This document shows positions 48,887-61,529 of a stretch of 64,000 bases of DNA, in pieces; the first letter of the stretch is position 1, and each line of letters opens with the position of its first letter. Both the position numbers and the translations under genes were made by a program. The DNA lies in assembly GCA_043228905.1 (NCBI GenBank), contig JBHGNT010000012.1, forward strand, positions 14,384,001 through 14,448,000, written 5' to 3'. The notes under the pieces are model-generated. The model was given only the letters and a program-made list of their open reading frames with translations, ran no database searches and was not told the DNA's origin. The stretch comes from Azolla caroliniana. Lineage: Eukaryota; Plantae; Polypodiophyta.

Positions 48887-51131
48887 CTGACAAGGTCCAG
48901 ATGGTCCGGTTTGCATCCTACTTTATGTAGATGATCTAGTCATCATCGGACTAGTACTTGATGAAATCGGCTGCGTGAAGTCCTAGTTGTCGGACGCATT
49001 TGAAATGAAGGACCTGAGGGACCTTCATTATTTCCTTAGGGTCGAGGTGATCCGGACCCCCGATGGCATATTGCTCTCACAACGACACTATGTGTTGAAT
49101 ATGATGTACAAGTTCGACATGACAGAATGTCGACTTGTCTCCATACCCTTGGACCGGAATCAGAAGCTCCATCCCGACTACAGACCAGCCTGCAATGAGA
49201 AACGGTTCCGACAAATTGTCAGAAGCCTTATATATTTGACAATCACCTGACCCGACATTAGTTATCCGGTTGGCGTGATCAGCCAATTCATGTAGAAGCC
49301 GACCGTAGAGCAGCTTCAATGCGCACATCGAATATTGTGGTATGTGAGCGGCACGAAGGACCGGGAACTGTTATACCAATTCGGTATAATTGAAGAGCTA
49401 GTCGAATACACAAATGCCGGTTGGGTTGGTGATGCATCGGATCACCGATCCACCTCCGGTTACATGTTTTCCCTTGGTAACGCGGTTGTTGTGTGGAGCA
49501 GCAAAAAGCAGCCAACAATGGCTCTATCGAGCACTGAGGCTGAATACCAGGGCACTGCCGTTGCCACTTGTGAAGCCATTTGGTTTCGGAAACTGTTGCA
49601 AGACTTGCAGATTGAGGTACTGACCTCGATCCTAATCTATTGCGATAACATGAGCAACATTCAGCTCGCCAAGAACTGCATATTCCATGCTCGGACGAAG
49701 CACATAAAAGTGCACTATCACTTCGTGCGTGAGCGGGTCTTGAGCGGTGAAGTGGAACTTCGGTGTGTTCAGACGGATTGGCAGGTTGCCGATATCTTCA
49801 CCAAACCGCTCGGATCAGATAAGTTGCAGGACTTCACCGAAATGCTTGGCATTCAGCATCTTGATGTGCCGCACTTGAGGGGGAGAACGGGCAAAGGCAA
49901 AGAAATTGTTGACGGCACCAGACAAGGAACCAGAAAGGGAAGCACCAACACAAGGGGAGACTAGAGGAAAAAGGAAGTTGAGTTGACAAAGGAAGTCGAC
50001 ACATCCGAACAAATCAGAGCAAGCGGTAGCGGCGGCAGAGTCAAGAAGGATAGAGTCGACCGAAAGAAGAAGGCCAAGACCCGGACATGGTCCGATGTGG
50101 TGAAGGGCTTGAGACCGGAAGATGAGTTGGAGAACACCGACTCGGACAAGAGCTGGAACGAATCGGAGACAACTGATTCATTTCATTAGTTGGAATTGGA
50201 GGAGTCGGATCAATTCAAGGCCAAGTGGACGAGAAGGCAGCGGAAGTCGATGCCAATACGAAGGAACTAACTGTTGGGAGACAGGTCCCTCCGGATGGGA
50301 AGGGAGAAGAACAATGCTGATGAACAAACTCGGCCTCGGCCGAAACCGTATGAGGAGTACCCGGCTACGAAGAACCGGATGAGGAGTACCCGGCTACGGA
50401 GAGCCGGATGGTGCAGACCCGGTGAGGAGTGCTCACCGGATGAAGAGACATATTAGTAAATATGTTTATGAGAGTCCATCATGGCTATATTTGTAAATAG
50501 CCGAAAAGTCATATTAGTATAAATATGACTTAGGGCAAACTTTTAGTTAGTTGTTGTTATTGTTGTTGGTGAAAGGAGAGAGAGAGCACGGAACTGTGTA
50601 CAGAGAGAGAGAGAGAGAAAGAGGTCGTTGCCTGTGTTGTAACCGCCGCCTGTGGCGAGGATCGTGAGCACGAGGTCGTGGCCTCCGTGAACTCACTGTT
50701 GTACATTCTAGCATAGTGATAGTTTGCAGCCTGTGGGCTGCCGTGGTTTTTCCCTTAGTTTGGGTTTTCCACGTAAACATCCTACGTACTCATCTCTTCT
50801 CTTGTGTCGTGCATTCATTCCCGTTTTCTATGTATGATTTAAAGCTCGGTTGTGGCCGAGCATTGCGCATAAGGAGCGTTGAGTTCCCGTCACTAATGGG
50901 TTGAAGAAGTGCCAAAGTCGCAGTAGCGAGGGAGCTGAAATGGGCCTGCTGAGTAGACAAGCCGACCGAGGAGGTCGAGGGGCGCAAAACCAGAAGGGTC
51001 GCGGCAAACAGGACCGGACCGGACGAGGAGCGTGACCAAGGCGGAATGACACCAGAAGGAGCCAGGTGGAAGGACCGGCTACCACGGACATTGGCACCAC
51101 GATCCGACCTCAAGTTGAGCTTGAGGGGGAG

Positions 51132-51601
51132 TGTTGAGCGGCAAGCTCAACCAGATCCGGATCAGCTGAATAAGCCTGAGCCAGATCGGCATCCAGACGG
51201 TATCCGGAAACAAGAGTCGAATTGGTATACGGATACAACCGGCCGGATCGGCGAGCTGGATTTGAGCGGGAACCAAAAGCCTAATAGTATCCTAGACTAC
51301 TAGGTAATCATTGTCTCGTAGTCAGAGTCAGTCGCTCGTGTGAGCATTGAAGTACATGGTACTTCTGTCAATCCTTCTAGGACTTGTATAAATAGTGTTG
51401 TTGAGCACATTGTATGTACAGAGGAACACACAAAGTGTTGATATTTTTTGAATCAAACTTTTATGTTCTTCTCTCTCTCTGTCTCTCCCTTACTTACGTA
51501 CTCTTTGTGTGTGTTAAGTTTCCATTAAACTCATTTTCTCATCTTCTATTGCTACCCGGTTGAGTTGGTTTGTGAAATACTTCCGCACAATAAAATTCAC
51601 A
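51132..51601 (+). repeat. 3' LTR of Copia G
   Basis: TGTTGAGCGG...TTCACA; matches 34726-34813 and ~38855-39064. Confidence 0.92.
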
Positions 51602-51606
51602 ACAAG

Positions 51607-53600
51607 TCCAAGCCTTGCATATTCTTGGAGTACTCAGAGGATGAGTTCGGGTACATGATGTGGGATCTCCTTGATAAGAAAGAGATAAGAAGTCATGATG
51701 TTATATTCATGGAAGACAAGAAAATTCAAGACTGGAGACAACAAAGACCAGAGTCGTCTTCCTAACCAACTACTATTATGGAGTCGGCACTAGTCGATCC
51801 CACTTCCACACAACCAGTCGGCAGACAACAGCCAGTTGATGAAGCCAAATCTGAGTCAGTTGACATACAACAACAAGTTGATGCACTTGAATCTGAATCG
51901 GAAGATGAGCTGGCAAAAGGAACTGAATCCGAGCCGGTTGCCGAAGGAAGAAGATATCCTCTAAGACAAAGGAAGACCTCTCAGTATCCAACTAGTCAAT
52001 ATATTCTCTTGATTGATGAAGGGGAACCAGAATGCTATGAAGAGGCCATGACTGATGTACATAAGGAGAAGTGGTATAATGCCATGCCAGAGGAAATGGA
52101 TTCCCTGCATGAGAACCACACCTATGAGTTGATGGAGTTGCTTGATGGAAAGAAGGCACTTCGAAACAAATGGGTCTACAAACTAAAGACTAGAGAAGAC
52201 GGAAATACACCTAGGTATAAGGCCCATATTATAGTGAAAGGTTTCCAACAGAGAAATTGGTGTTGATTTTGATGAGATTTTTGCTCCAGTAGTGAAGATG
52301 GCCTCCATCCGGACTGTTTTGAGTATGGCTGGCAGTATGAATATGGAAATTGAATAGTTGGATTTTAAAACAACATTCTTGCATGGTGAGTTGGAAGAGG
52401 AAATCTATATGCAACAGTCAGAGGGCTTTGAGATGAAAGGAAAAGGAAAACTTGTATGTAGGTTGAGGAAGCACTTGTATGGATTAAAACAAGCTCCTAG
52501 ACAATGGTATAAGAAGTTTGAGTCCTTCATGTTGGAACACGGATTCCACAAAACACAAGCCGATCATTGTGTATTTGTGAAAATGTATGACAAAGGTGAT
52601 TTCCTGATTCTTTTGTTGTATGTGGATGATATGTTAGTTGTTGGATAAACTGTTAGGAAGATTGCAAGCTTGAAGAAAGCTTTGAGAAAATCTTTTGCCA
52701 TGAAAGACTTAGGACCGGCAAAACAGATTTTGGGAATGCATATAGTCCGGGACAAGAGTAAAAACATGTTATGGCTGTCACAAGAGAAATATGTGACGAA
52801 AGTTTTGCCAAGGTTTAACATGTTTAATGCAAAATCCGTTTGATCTCCATTGTTGATGAATTGTAAGCTAAATTCAAGACAATGTCTAAAAACTGAGAAA
52901 GATAAGGCAGAGATGAGGAGGGTGTCGTATGCCTTGGTTGTTTGGGAGCCTAATGTATGCTATGGTCTGCACAAGGCCATGCATTGCATTTGCTGTTGGG
53001 ACAGCTAGTCGCTACATGAGTAATCCTGGAAAGGAGCATTGGGCTACCATAAAATGGATACTCAGATACCTCAAAGGTACTTCAAGTGTATGCCTTAGAT
53101 ATGGCTCTGGGAAACCTATGCTCGAAGGTTTCACAAATTCTAATATGTCGGGTGATGTAGATTCCAACCGATCCACATCAAGGTATGTGATGACTTATTC
53201 AGGGGGAGTTGTGTCATGGCAATCAAGATTGCAAAAGGCTACGGCTTTGTCAAACACGGAGGGTGAGAATATGGCTACAATGGAAGCCGAAAAAGAACTT
53301 ATTTGGATGAGAGATTTTCTAAGTGAACTGGGAATTAAACAAGAAAAGTTCCTACTTAATTGTGATAATCAGAGTGTTATCCATCTTGCTAAGAATGTTG
53401 CCTATCACTCTCATACAAAGCTGCCTATCCATCTTGCTAAGAAGGTATCATTGGTTGCGAGAGAGAGTGGAAGAAAATGAGTTTGTTTTAATGAATATCC
53501 ATACTGACGAAAATGGATCAGAAATGAAAATCTTGTCTATGGAAAAATTTGTTGCGTGATGACGATGGACTGGTCTGGTTGACTCTCCCCCTACACGACT
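51607..53600 (+). pseudogene. Copia B integrase end, RT and RNaseH (decayed)
   Basis: [53 protein letters not shown]. Confidence 0.9.
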
Positions 53601-53612
53601 TAAAGGGGAGTT

Positions 53613-54497
53613 TGTTATGTAAGATTGTCCCTCCTTCTGGGGGAGTTGGCCGAAAAGCCAAAATGAGAGTCAACTGGCCAAAATCGGTCTAAATGAGAGT
53701 TGGATAGCCGAAATCGGTCAGAAAGCCGAAACAAGAGTCGGTTGGCTGAAATGGGATTCGTGTGTGTGAGATAAGTTAGTATATATAGAGAGAATCATAT
53801 TAGCTGCATATATATGTTGGATAACTCACTGAGAGTATAACTATGTTTGTGTGTGTGTGTGTGTGTGTGTGATAAGTTAGTATATATAGAGAGAATCATA
53901 TTAGCTGCATATATATGTTGGATAACTCACTAAGAGTATAACTATGTTTGTGTGTATGTGTGATAAGTTAGTATATATAGAGAGAATCATATTAGCTGCA
54001 TATATATGTTGGATAACTCACTAAGAGTATAACTGTGAGAGAAGCATGAAATTGAACTTGAGAGAGTGTGAGCACCCGAGAGAGAACGCGCGTTGCAAGG
54101 GAAAAGCAACAAAGAGCGAACACAATAGTGGTTGTGTGAGTGACATAGCTCAGAAGCTAAGTGTCGGAGGAAGCAAAGAAAGAAGAGTGTAACAGAGAAG
54201 AAAGAGAAATAGAATAGAGAAGCTTTGAAAGCTTCGAAGGAGATAGATACCTACGAGTTAGGGTTTGGTGCACTCGACTGAAATTGTGGTTTCAAATAAC
54301 AACCTGAGAGTACATCCATACCAAATCAGGTTCTATCATTCTATGATTGTATTCTTTCTTGTCTCATCGTGGAAATCTTTGTTCACCATGGTTTTTCCCC
54401 GAAATCAGGGTTTTCGACGTAAAATTGTGTGTTTCTTGTCTCGTTTATTTGTGTATCTGTATATCTGTTGTGCTACATCTAAGTACAAAACATGTCA
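53613..54497 (+). repeat. Copia B 3' LTR with a triplicated ~90-100 bp unit (53770, 53871, 53962)
   Basis: TGTTATGTAAG...CATGTCA followed by TSD TGATC. Confidence 0.9.
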
Positions 54498-56072
54498 TGA
54501 TCAACTAGTTCCATCACCTATGGACCAACATCCCATCTCATATTGAAGCAAGTGCAAACTAAATCATATGGAAGCAATGGTCCGGATCACAAACAATGGG
54601 ATGGGGGGGGTCTAACATGTATCGATATATGTGGCTTCTTTGTTTAGCAACGAATATGATTTTGTGATTATGTACAACATACTTGTACATACATACAGAA
54701 AAGGTAAACTTGTTTGTAGTTCAAGATCTTAAGACATAATAATCCGTTTCTTAAATGCGCGAAAGCTCTCGGATGGGCCTTGATGTAATTTTTTGCTTTT
54801 TCTGCACAATCAAATAATTCTGAGCGAAATTATGACCAACATATCTAAAAGCCTCTGTTTTAAATGGAGTAAGGGGAAAAAAATGCTTCACACAGAATTT
54901 AGAGTTATATAATTCACTTTCAATATACAATAAGTGTGGAATCTAACAGCAAGCAGATAACAGAATAGGTAAAGGACTTATTGTTGTGTTGTATGATCTC
55001 AGAAAGCTGAAGAAAAACTTAGATTCCACTAACATGGGAGCCTTTTCACCCATTGCTCCCTGGTATCCACTTAACATTCCTGGCTTTAGCAGTAACTGAA
55101 ATTCCATAGTTTTGCATCCAAGACAAATGTAGTCATTCCTGCATCACATGGACTGCACTAGACCCATCTTTCCTAGAGTTTTGCATGATCGATTCCCCCT
55201 TCATCATCAGTGCCGATTTTTTTAGCAGTGGGGTTTACCTTTTCTGAGAGATTCGTGACTGTTTATACTCGCAAATTCACTTTATTCACATTGGAGAGTG
55301 CTGGTTCACATACAGCTTCTGAATTGTAACAAATTTTGGGTCGGAGATTACTGGGAATTTTTCCTGCACCAGACACAAACAATGAAGACCATCTTTTCTT
55401 GAGTGTTTTGAACATTTTGTTTTCCCCTCGGACATCATCGGTAGTTAAAGTAGTAGTAGGGTTATCTTTTCTGAGAGGTCCATGATCATATTGCAGTTTC
55501 TTTGCATTGGGACTGTATCAGTTCACAATCTGGCTTTTGAATTAGAACAGTTTTGGGGTGAGGATAGTTGTAGACTTTCCTGAATCACATGGATTATGAA
55601 GACAATCCTTCATAATAGTCCTGTAAAATCATTTTGTCCTAACCATCAGCAGAGTATTTAAATTCAGCTTGTGGATTATAAGAGTTTTTGGGCTGATGAA
55701 AATGCAGTCTTTCCAGAGAATTTTGTAAAGCCAGTTTCTCCTCACCATAACTAAGTCCATTTCTCTTTAGTGAGAGGTTCATAAATCACATTCCTCTTCC
55801 TCTTGCTTTGCATTTTTCAGTTCACATTCTACTTCTAAATCGCAATATTTTTTGGGTTGAAGCCTAGTAGTACAACCGTTCCTCCTCCATCATTCAAACA
55901 ATTAATACCATCTTTCTTGGCAAGAAATTTTTTATTTTCTTTTACCATAAAACATATGCTCCATTGGTATTAATAAAAGGCCCGGAGGCAGTATACAAAT
56001 AGTACATAATATTGTTTCATCTCCACGAATATATATTATCAAAAACAAGACCAAATATAAGCTTTGGCATTT

Positions 56073-56152
56073 ATCAATTCCTCCAACAGCCAAGAACAGT
56101 TTCTACTGGAAGCCCAATTACCAAGGCACAAAGTATTCCAATGCATGTAGCA
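56073..56152 (-). pseudogene. Short second copy of the sugar-transporter fragment
   Basis: ATCIGILCALVIGLPVETVLGCWRN*, parallel to ~56703-56782. Confidence 0.7.
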
Positions 56153-56379
56153 AGCTTTGCTAGGTAGAAGACCACATCTAAAAACTAAAAACGAAAACAA
56201 TCTCCAACCTAGTTGTCCACCCTGGCTGGTAGTTTGAAAACTTCATGTTCGCCTTTTGTTTCACATGTACTGAAGACCATACCCCACATATAAACAACAT
56301 CTACGAATATCCAGCTTTTTCGATGGTTCAATCACACAAAGACCAGCATCTTTGAAGGAGAGGAGGCGACAATGTCACC

Positions 56380-56817
56380 AAATGAGCCACATAATAACAC
56401 CTCCTCAGCAAACTTATCTTTCACATGATATTCCATGTTCTCTGTCTTCCCAATCATATATGGCAGGTCTGGATCTGTAAGAAGATTCACAATCCCAACA
56501 TAAACACTTGCAAACAAATCAAAACTGATTCCAGCATTTCTGAATACTGTTGGGGAGAAATAAAATAGAAATAAAACACACCATTGATTCCAGAGTGTTG
56601 TTGCAAAACAAACATGGCTGCTCCAATTGACCATTTCGGGCTCTTAAAACAGAACTTCATCCCAACTAAGAGCACTGCAGCAGGCGAGATGGATATCCAA
56701 AATCAATTCCTCCAACAGCCAGGAATAGTTTGTACTGGAAGCCCAATTATCAGGGCACAAAGTATTCCAATGCATGTAGCAATCTGGCAGAGACTACCAT
56801 ACGTTCCATTTCTGTAC
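56380..56817 (-). pseudogene. MFS monosaccharide transporter pseudogene fragment, plastidic glucose transporter (pGlcT/SGB1)-like
   Basis: GTYGSLCQIATCIGILCALIIGLP..W R N*FWIS..PAAVLLVGMKFCFKSPKW, then IGAAMFVLQQHSGINGVFYF, TVFRNAGI, ASVYVGIVNLL; contains a stop and a frameshift. Confidence 0.75.
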
Positions 56818-57153
56818 CTACTCATAATATTCTGCTTCACCCCCCACACCATCTTCTCTCATCCTTATCCCTCAAAACAATTTTGCTTCTTAAGCCCACA
56901 TCAACCATCACGCCGATTACCACCAAATTCCTGTATACATAATAATGAAGTGATTATAAAATGTTTCCTCATCCTCTCATATATTTGCTTCAACCCCCAC
57001 ACCATCGTCACTCATCCTCTCGTCATGAATAAACTCTATAAAGACAATAACTACATGACAACAACTAGAAGACTATCTTGTTTGTTGCACTCCCTAAGAT
57101 GAAACCTAAAATCTTCTTCACTCCGTGCCATGCCACCAAATTCCATCAAGCAT

Positions 57154-57633
57154 CATCCACAACAACCATCTCGCCTTCTCACTAATCGGCACCAAATTTT
57201 GGCTTGCCATGTCCTTGATTTCCTTCCATCAAGCATCCTACCATATAGACCGCAAACAAATTAATGTAAAAAATTCCCCCACGAACTCATGATAATATGC
57301 TTCTTCAACCCCCACACCATCTACACTCATCGTTATCGCTCATAAGAAATTGCTTCTTACATCCACAATAACCATCTCGCCTTCTCACTAATCGGCACCA
57401 AGTTTTGGCTTGCCATGTCCTTGATTTCCTTCCATCAAGCATCCTGCCATATAGACCGCAAACAAATTAATGTAAAAATTCCCTCACCAACTCATGATAA
57501 TATGCTTCTTCAACCCCCACACCATCTACACTCATCCTTATCGCCCATAAGAAATTGTTTCTTACATCCACAACAACCATCTCGCCTTCTCGCTAATCAG
57601 CACCAAGTTTTGGCTTGCCATGTCCTTGATTTC
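57154..57633. repeat. Tandem repeat, ~205-bp unit x2.3, with more degenerate copies at 56820-57020
   Basis: Units start CATCCACAA at 57154, 57360, 57565. Confidence 0.88.
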
Positions 57634-57689
57634 TACCAACATCACTTATCCTAACAAAAATATCAACAGTCATCTATAGTATATCATGT

Positions 57690-60600
57690 TATTTATACTA
57701 AAGATGGTGCCGGTGGCAAGAATAACCACTGAGGTGGTACATAGTTCCACTTGACATCAGCGGCTTCATTCAACATAATAGGTATAGACGACCAAACTTT
57801 ACGAATTCTCATTCTTTTCTTATTAGTTGTGTGACCAGAACCCTTATAACTATCATATTCACCTTTAACTGTATGTACCAATAAGTTCCAAAAAGACTTA
57901 ACTTGATCCACGATATGAGTGTTTTCATCATTGTATAGCTTGGAGCACCTAGGTTTCCAAAGAATCCATAAAGCCAAAGAGGAGACAATTTGCCAGACGT
58001 GACTACGGGAGAAAAACTTGATTCCCTGCAAGGAGGTTGAAGTATAGTATACCTGCAAACTTGTGGCACGTAATGTCAAAGAAGAATAATGATGATGATA
58101 GAAAGTCATTTGTTGATCTAACCTTCCCCATAAGACTGCACCCCACGTAAAAATCCCCGACCTATACTTACGACCTAGTAGCCTAAGAATTCTAAACCAA
58201 TTTTTTTTTGCGACAACACATTCCCAAAATACATGATGCAATGACTCACGTACATAACCACACATAACGCATGACCGATCAGTTACAGATCCCCTCATCA
58301 AATCACCTACTGGCAACACATAATGAATCATCAACCAACGAAAGTGTAATATCTTGTTCATACATTTAATTGACCAAAACTGTTTCCAAAACATCATCAT
58401 CTGAGAAGATGATACATTACCTTCGTCCCAATACTTTTTTCCCGCCGGTATTGATTCAATCTGACTCAACATAAAGTTTCTCCCAAACGCCACCAAATAT
58501 GTGAAGAATGGGAGGACCTTAGTGGAATTATTAGGCATGGGCAATTTCCAACCATAATCCGCAGGATCCCACTGCAGATCCACAAGTGGTCTAGCGTGTA
58601 CAACCCAAATCTAGGATGCATAGTTAGCAATTAAGGGACTAGGGTCAATAACCAATTTTTCATCCAATCTAGCAATTACTCGCACTGGTAACTACTTCGC
58701 AGCAGACATGATTGTAGACTCGTCATCTACTAATACCAACCTACCATTATCCACCACTTCATAGAAGTGAATATTACCATTTTGATGATATAAACGAGCA
58801 CCTATAAGTATATTAAGTGTCAAAAACATACCGTACCACCTTTGAAAATGATCAAGCTGCAAAGTTGGTACTGTGACCTGATACACCATGGACAATTGAT
58901 CTACCATTATATTTTCCCCTCTTAAACTAGACAACCTATTCTTTCGGTCCTGAGCCAATGTCTGCAAGAAGTTTATCCAATCCACAATTGTACGGGTTGG
59001 ACCATTATCCATTGCAGCCCAAGATAACCTAGGTCATAGACCCAACACACATGCAGCTTCATCCGTAAATAAAGGGTTCCATATCAAAGGTTGACGCATG
59101 AATTGAGTATAAGTTTCGGTGGGAAGAAAACAAGTGCTTGGCGAATACTTTCCCATGCTCGAAATATTCCGTTAAAAAAATCTAAGGATCCAACATTAGA
59201 CTTCGGCGATGGAAAATCTGCATTAAAAAACCATCTAAGACTATCTTTCCATTGACCACCTGTTGATGGCTTGACATTATGTAAATGCCGAATCCATAGC
59301 TTTTTCCATAACTCCTCTCCTGGCATTAAACTCCTAACGACATGTTTGGAAAGTAAGGCTTTACTTTGCATAAAAGGATCAATCAAACCTAAACCTCCTT
59401 TTCGCTTAGATTGTATAAGAACTGTCCAAGCGACCTTTGCTACCAAATTGTTAGACGCATTGTTCCCCCAAATAAAATTCCATATTAGGCATTGAACTTT
59501 AAGCATTATTGTCCTGGAAAATAGCCATGTAGATGTTATATACCAAATCGAGGACAGAAGGACCGAATTAGCTACAACTATCCGACCTGCTAAAGATAGC
59601 TTTTCCTTATTCCAGTATATTAGCTTATTCCTTAATCTTAATAACAAGGGTGCAACCATATCCTCTGCCTTTAATCCCAAGCCCACTCTATAGCCTAAAT
59701 ACCTAATGGACTGACCTTTAGGTATCCATGTGAATCCTGAGGAAGGCACATTAACTAGCGGATCTCCCGGAGCAACCCAAAAACTTGATGACTTATCACA
59801 ATTTATCAATGCACCCGATGCATCTGAAAAATCATCCACAGCCTTTTGCACCTGTGCTAAATTTAATCGTGAGGCCTGAACATATAAAGCTATGTCATCA
59901 GCAAACTCGCTATCCAGAGCAGCATACGACACTGGTAATGCTAACCCTTTAATATTTACATATTGAGAATTTAGATGTACAGAAAATGATTCAGATACTA
60001 ATAGAAACAGGAAAGGAGCAAGTGGACATCCTTGTCTTACTGATCTTAAGATCAGGAATCTCCTACCAACATCCCCTGCAAATAAAAGAGAGTTATACGC
60101 ATTATGATATAATGTTGATACTCCTCTTATCCATGCGTTTGGGAAACCCATCCTAACCAATGTTCCCTCCATAAAATCCTAGTCCACTCTGTCATAAGCC
60201 TTTTCAAAATCAAGAAATAACACTAGTAAGTCTCGCTCACCCATATTTCCCGAATCTAATATCTTTTGGTAGGCTTTGGTCAATCCATCACCTATCAAAT
60301 CCCAATATTGGATATACCACTAGACTCCCAACCCATCCAAGCCAGGACAAACATCTTTAGCAAGGGCTTTAGCAGCTTTAAAAACCTCTTGAGAATTTAG
60401 CGGTTGTAAAAGACAATCTATCAATTGTCCAGATACCCTATTCTGAATCTTTGACCATATGATGTCCCTTTTAATCAAATCATCCTCAGAAAATGATCTA
60501 GCTTTCAACAAAGTCTCATAATAATCTGAGGTTATTTCCCTCATCTGACTAGAATGCGTGGTATAAGAGCCGTCCTGACATTTTAACCGAGAAATACTAA

Positions 60601-60810
60601 CGGTTGTCTTATGATAATTATGCACTACAAAAAACAGTTTATTTACTTTATCTCCCGATTCTGCCCATGAAGACAATATATTATGATAATTAAAATCCGT
60701 TGAAATCGTTTGTAATTCCAATATCTGGTTCCCTACTTGTATCACACGGGAATTTATATACCTCGAATATTGTCTTCTCTCTTGTAGCTGTTGCAAAGAT
60801 TTCAACCCCC
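57690..60810 (-). mobile_element. 5'-truncated L1/Tx1-clade LINE ORF2 (RT + zf-RVT), decayed
   Basis: CPGLDG, DFEKAYDRV, SVRQGCPLAPFLF, EFADD, IRYLG, KGGLG, CVMCGYVRESLHHVFWEC. Confidence 0.88.
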
Positions 60811-60882
60811 TAGGAAGTCTTCCTATTTTAGTACAAGTCTTCCTATTTTAAAGAAATTTTGCTCACCATCAAACCTGGCAAT

Positions 60883-61520
60883 TGTTAGATATAATCAATG
60901 ATCAGCCCGAACTTTTAAATCTATCCCCATGTCTGCTCTTAGAGTGCACATTTTGTGATATCGCCCAAAATGAGGAGCGGCTAGTGTGCAAATCGACCAT
61001 ATGGGTCGATAAGGTGTTAATCTAGGAAACCGTAGATGCGTAGGACACAATGTATTTAGGAAAGAGCAAAATAGGTAATAGGATTGGCTAATCAAGTCAA
61101 CAAGAATATTTTTTGGGCAAGTTACGATGTACTTAGTCTTGAAGTATGTGCCATTGACTCCAAGATAAGTACTATCTAGCACTAGTCTGTATCTAGGGAG
61201 TTGGGTCATATTAAACGACAAGTCAGTTGACATAAAAGGAATATCTCCACTACTATCAACTAACTTGCACATTTAATGTTATACTCAGACCAAACATAGA
61301 ACATAATTCACTTTCTTACACAATGATTGGATTGATCATCAATCCCCACTAATTTTGTAGTGAGTTGGTCCATATCTTATCTAAGCTCTAGGGTGGGAGA
61401 GCATGTGTAAACTACCATTGTGAGCTACTCTCATATGTAATAGAAGTTTTGTTTTCATATATCCATCTCTATAATTGTAATTCTATATACCCATCTAATC
61501 AATTCTCAACAGTTCTAACA
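60883..61520 (+). repeat. LTR followed by a PBS remnant (TGGTATCA 61521-61528); rest of the element lost
   Basis: Perfect 7-bp terminal inverted repeat TGTTAGA...TCTAACA with adjacent TGGTATCA. Confidence 0.6.
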
Positions 61521-61529
61521 TGGTATCAA

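Larger units (their letters stand above)
34726..51601 (+). mobile_element. Copia G (Ale/Ivana-like), decayed, hosting H, D and an LTR fragment
   Basis: TSD ACAAG (34721-34725 / 51602-51606); 5' LTR 34726-39064 (split), PBS 39065-39075, 3' LTR 51132-51601, PPT 51121-51131; gag 39170-39759 resumes at 46786; IN, RT and RNaseH to ~49880. Confidence 0.9.
13680..54497 (+). mobile_element. Copia B, decayed, expanded to ~40.8 kb by nested insertions
   Basis: TSD TGATC (13675-13679 / 54498-54502); related LTRs at both ends; PBS TGGTATCAGAGC 32700-32711; PPT AAAGGGGAG before 53613. Confidence 0.9.

Noticed and set aside
49960-50460. env-like or extra ORF 3' of Copia G pol
   Set aside because: Short charged low-complexity frames with no transmembrane segment; better explained as UTR or vestigial LTR
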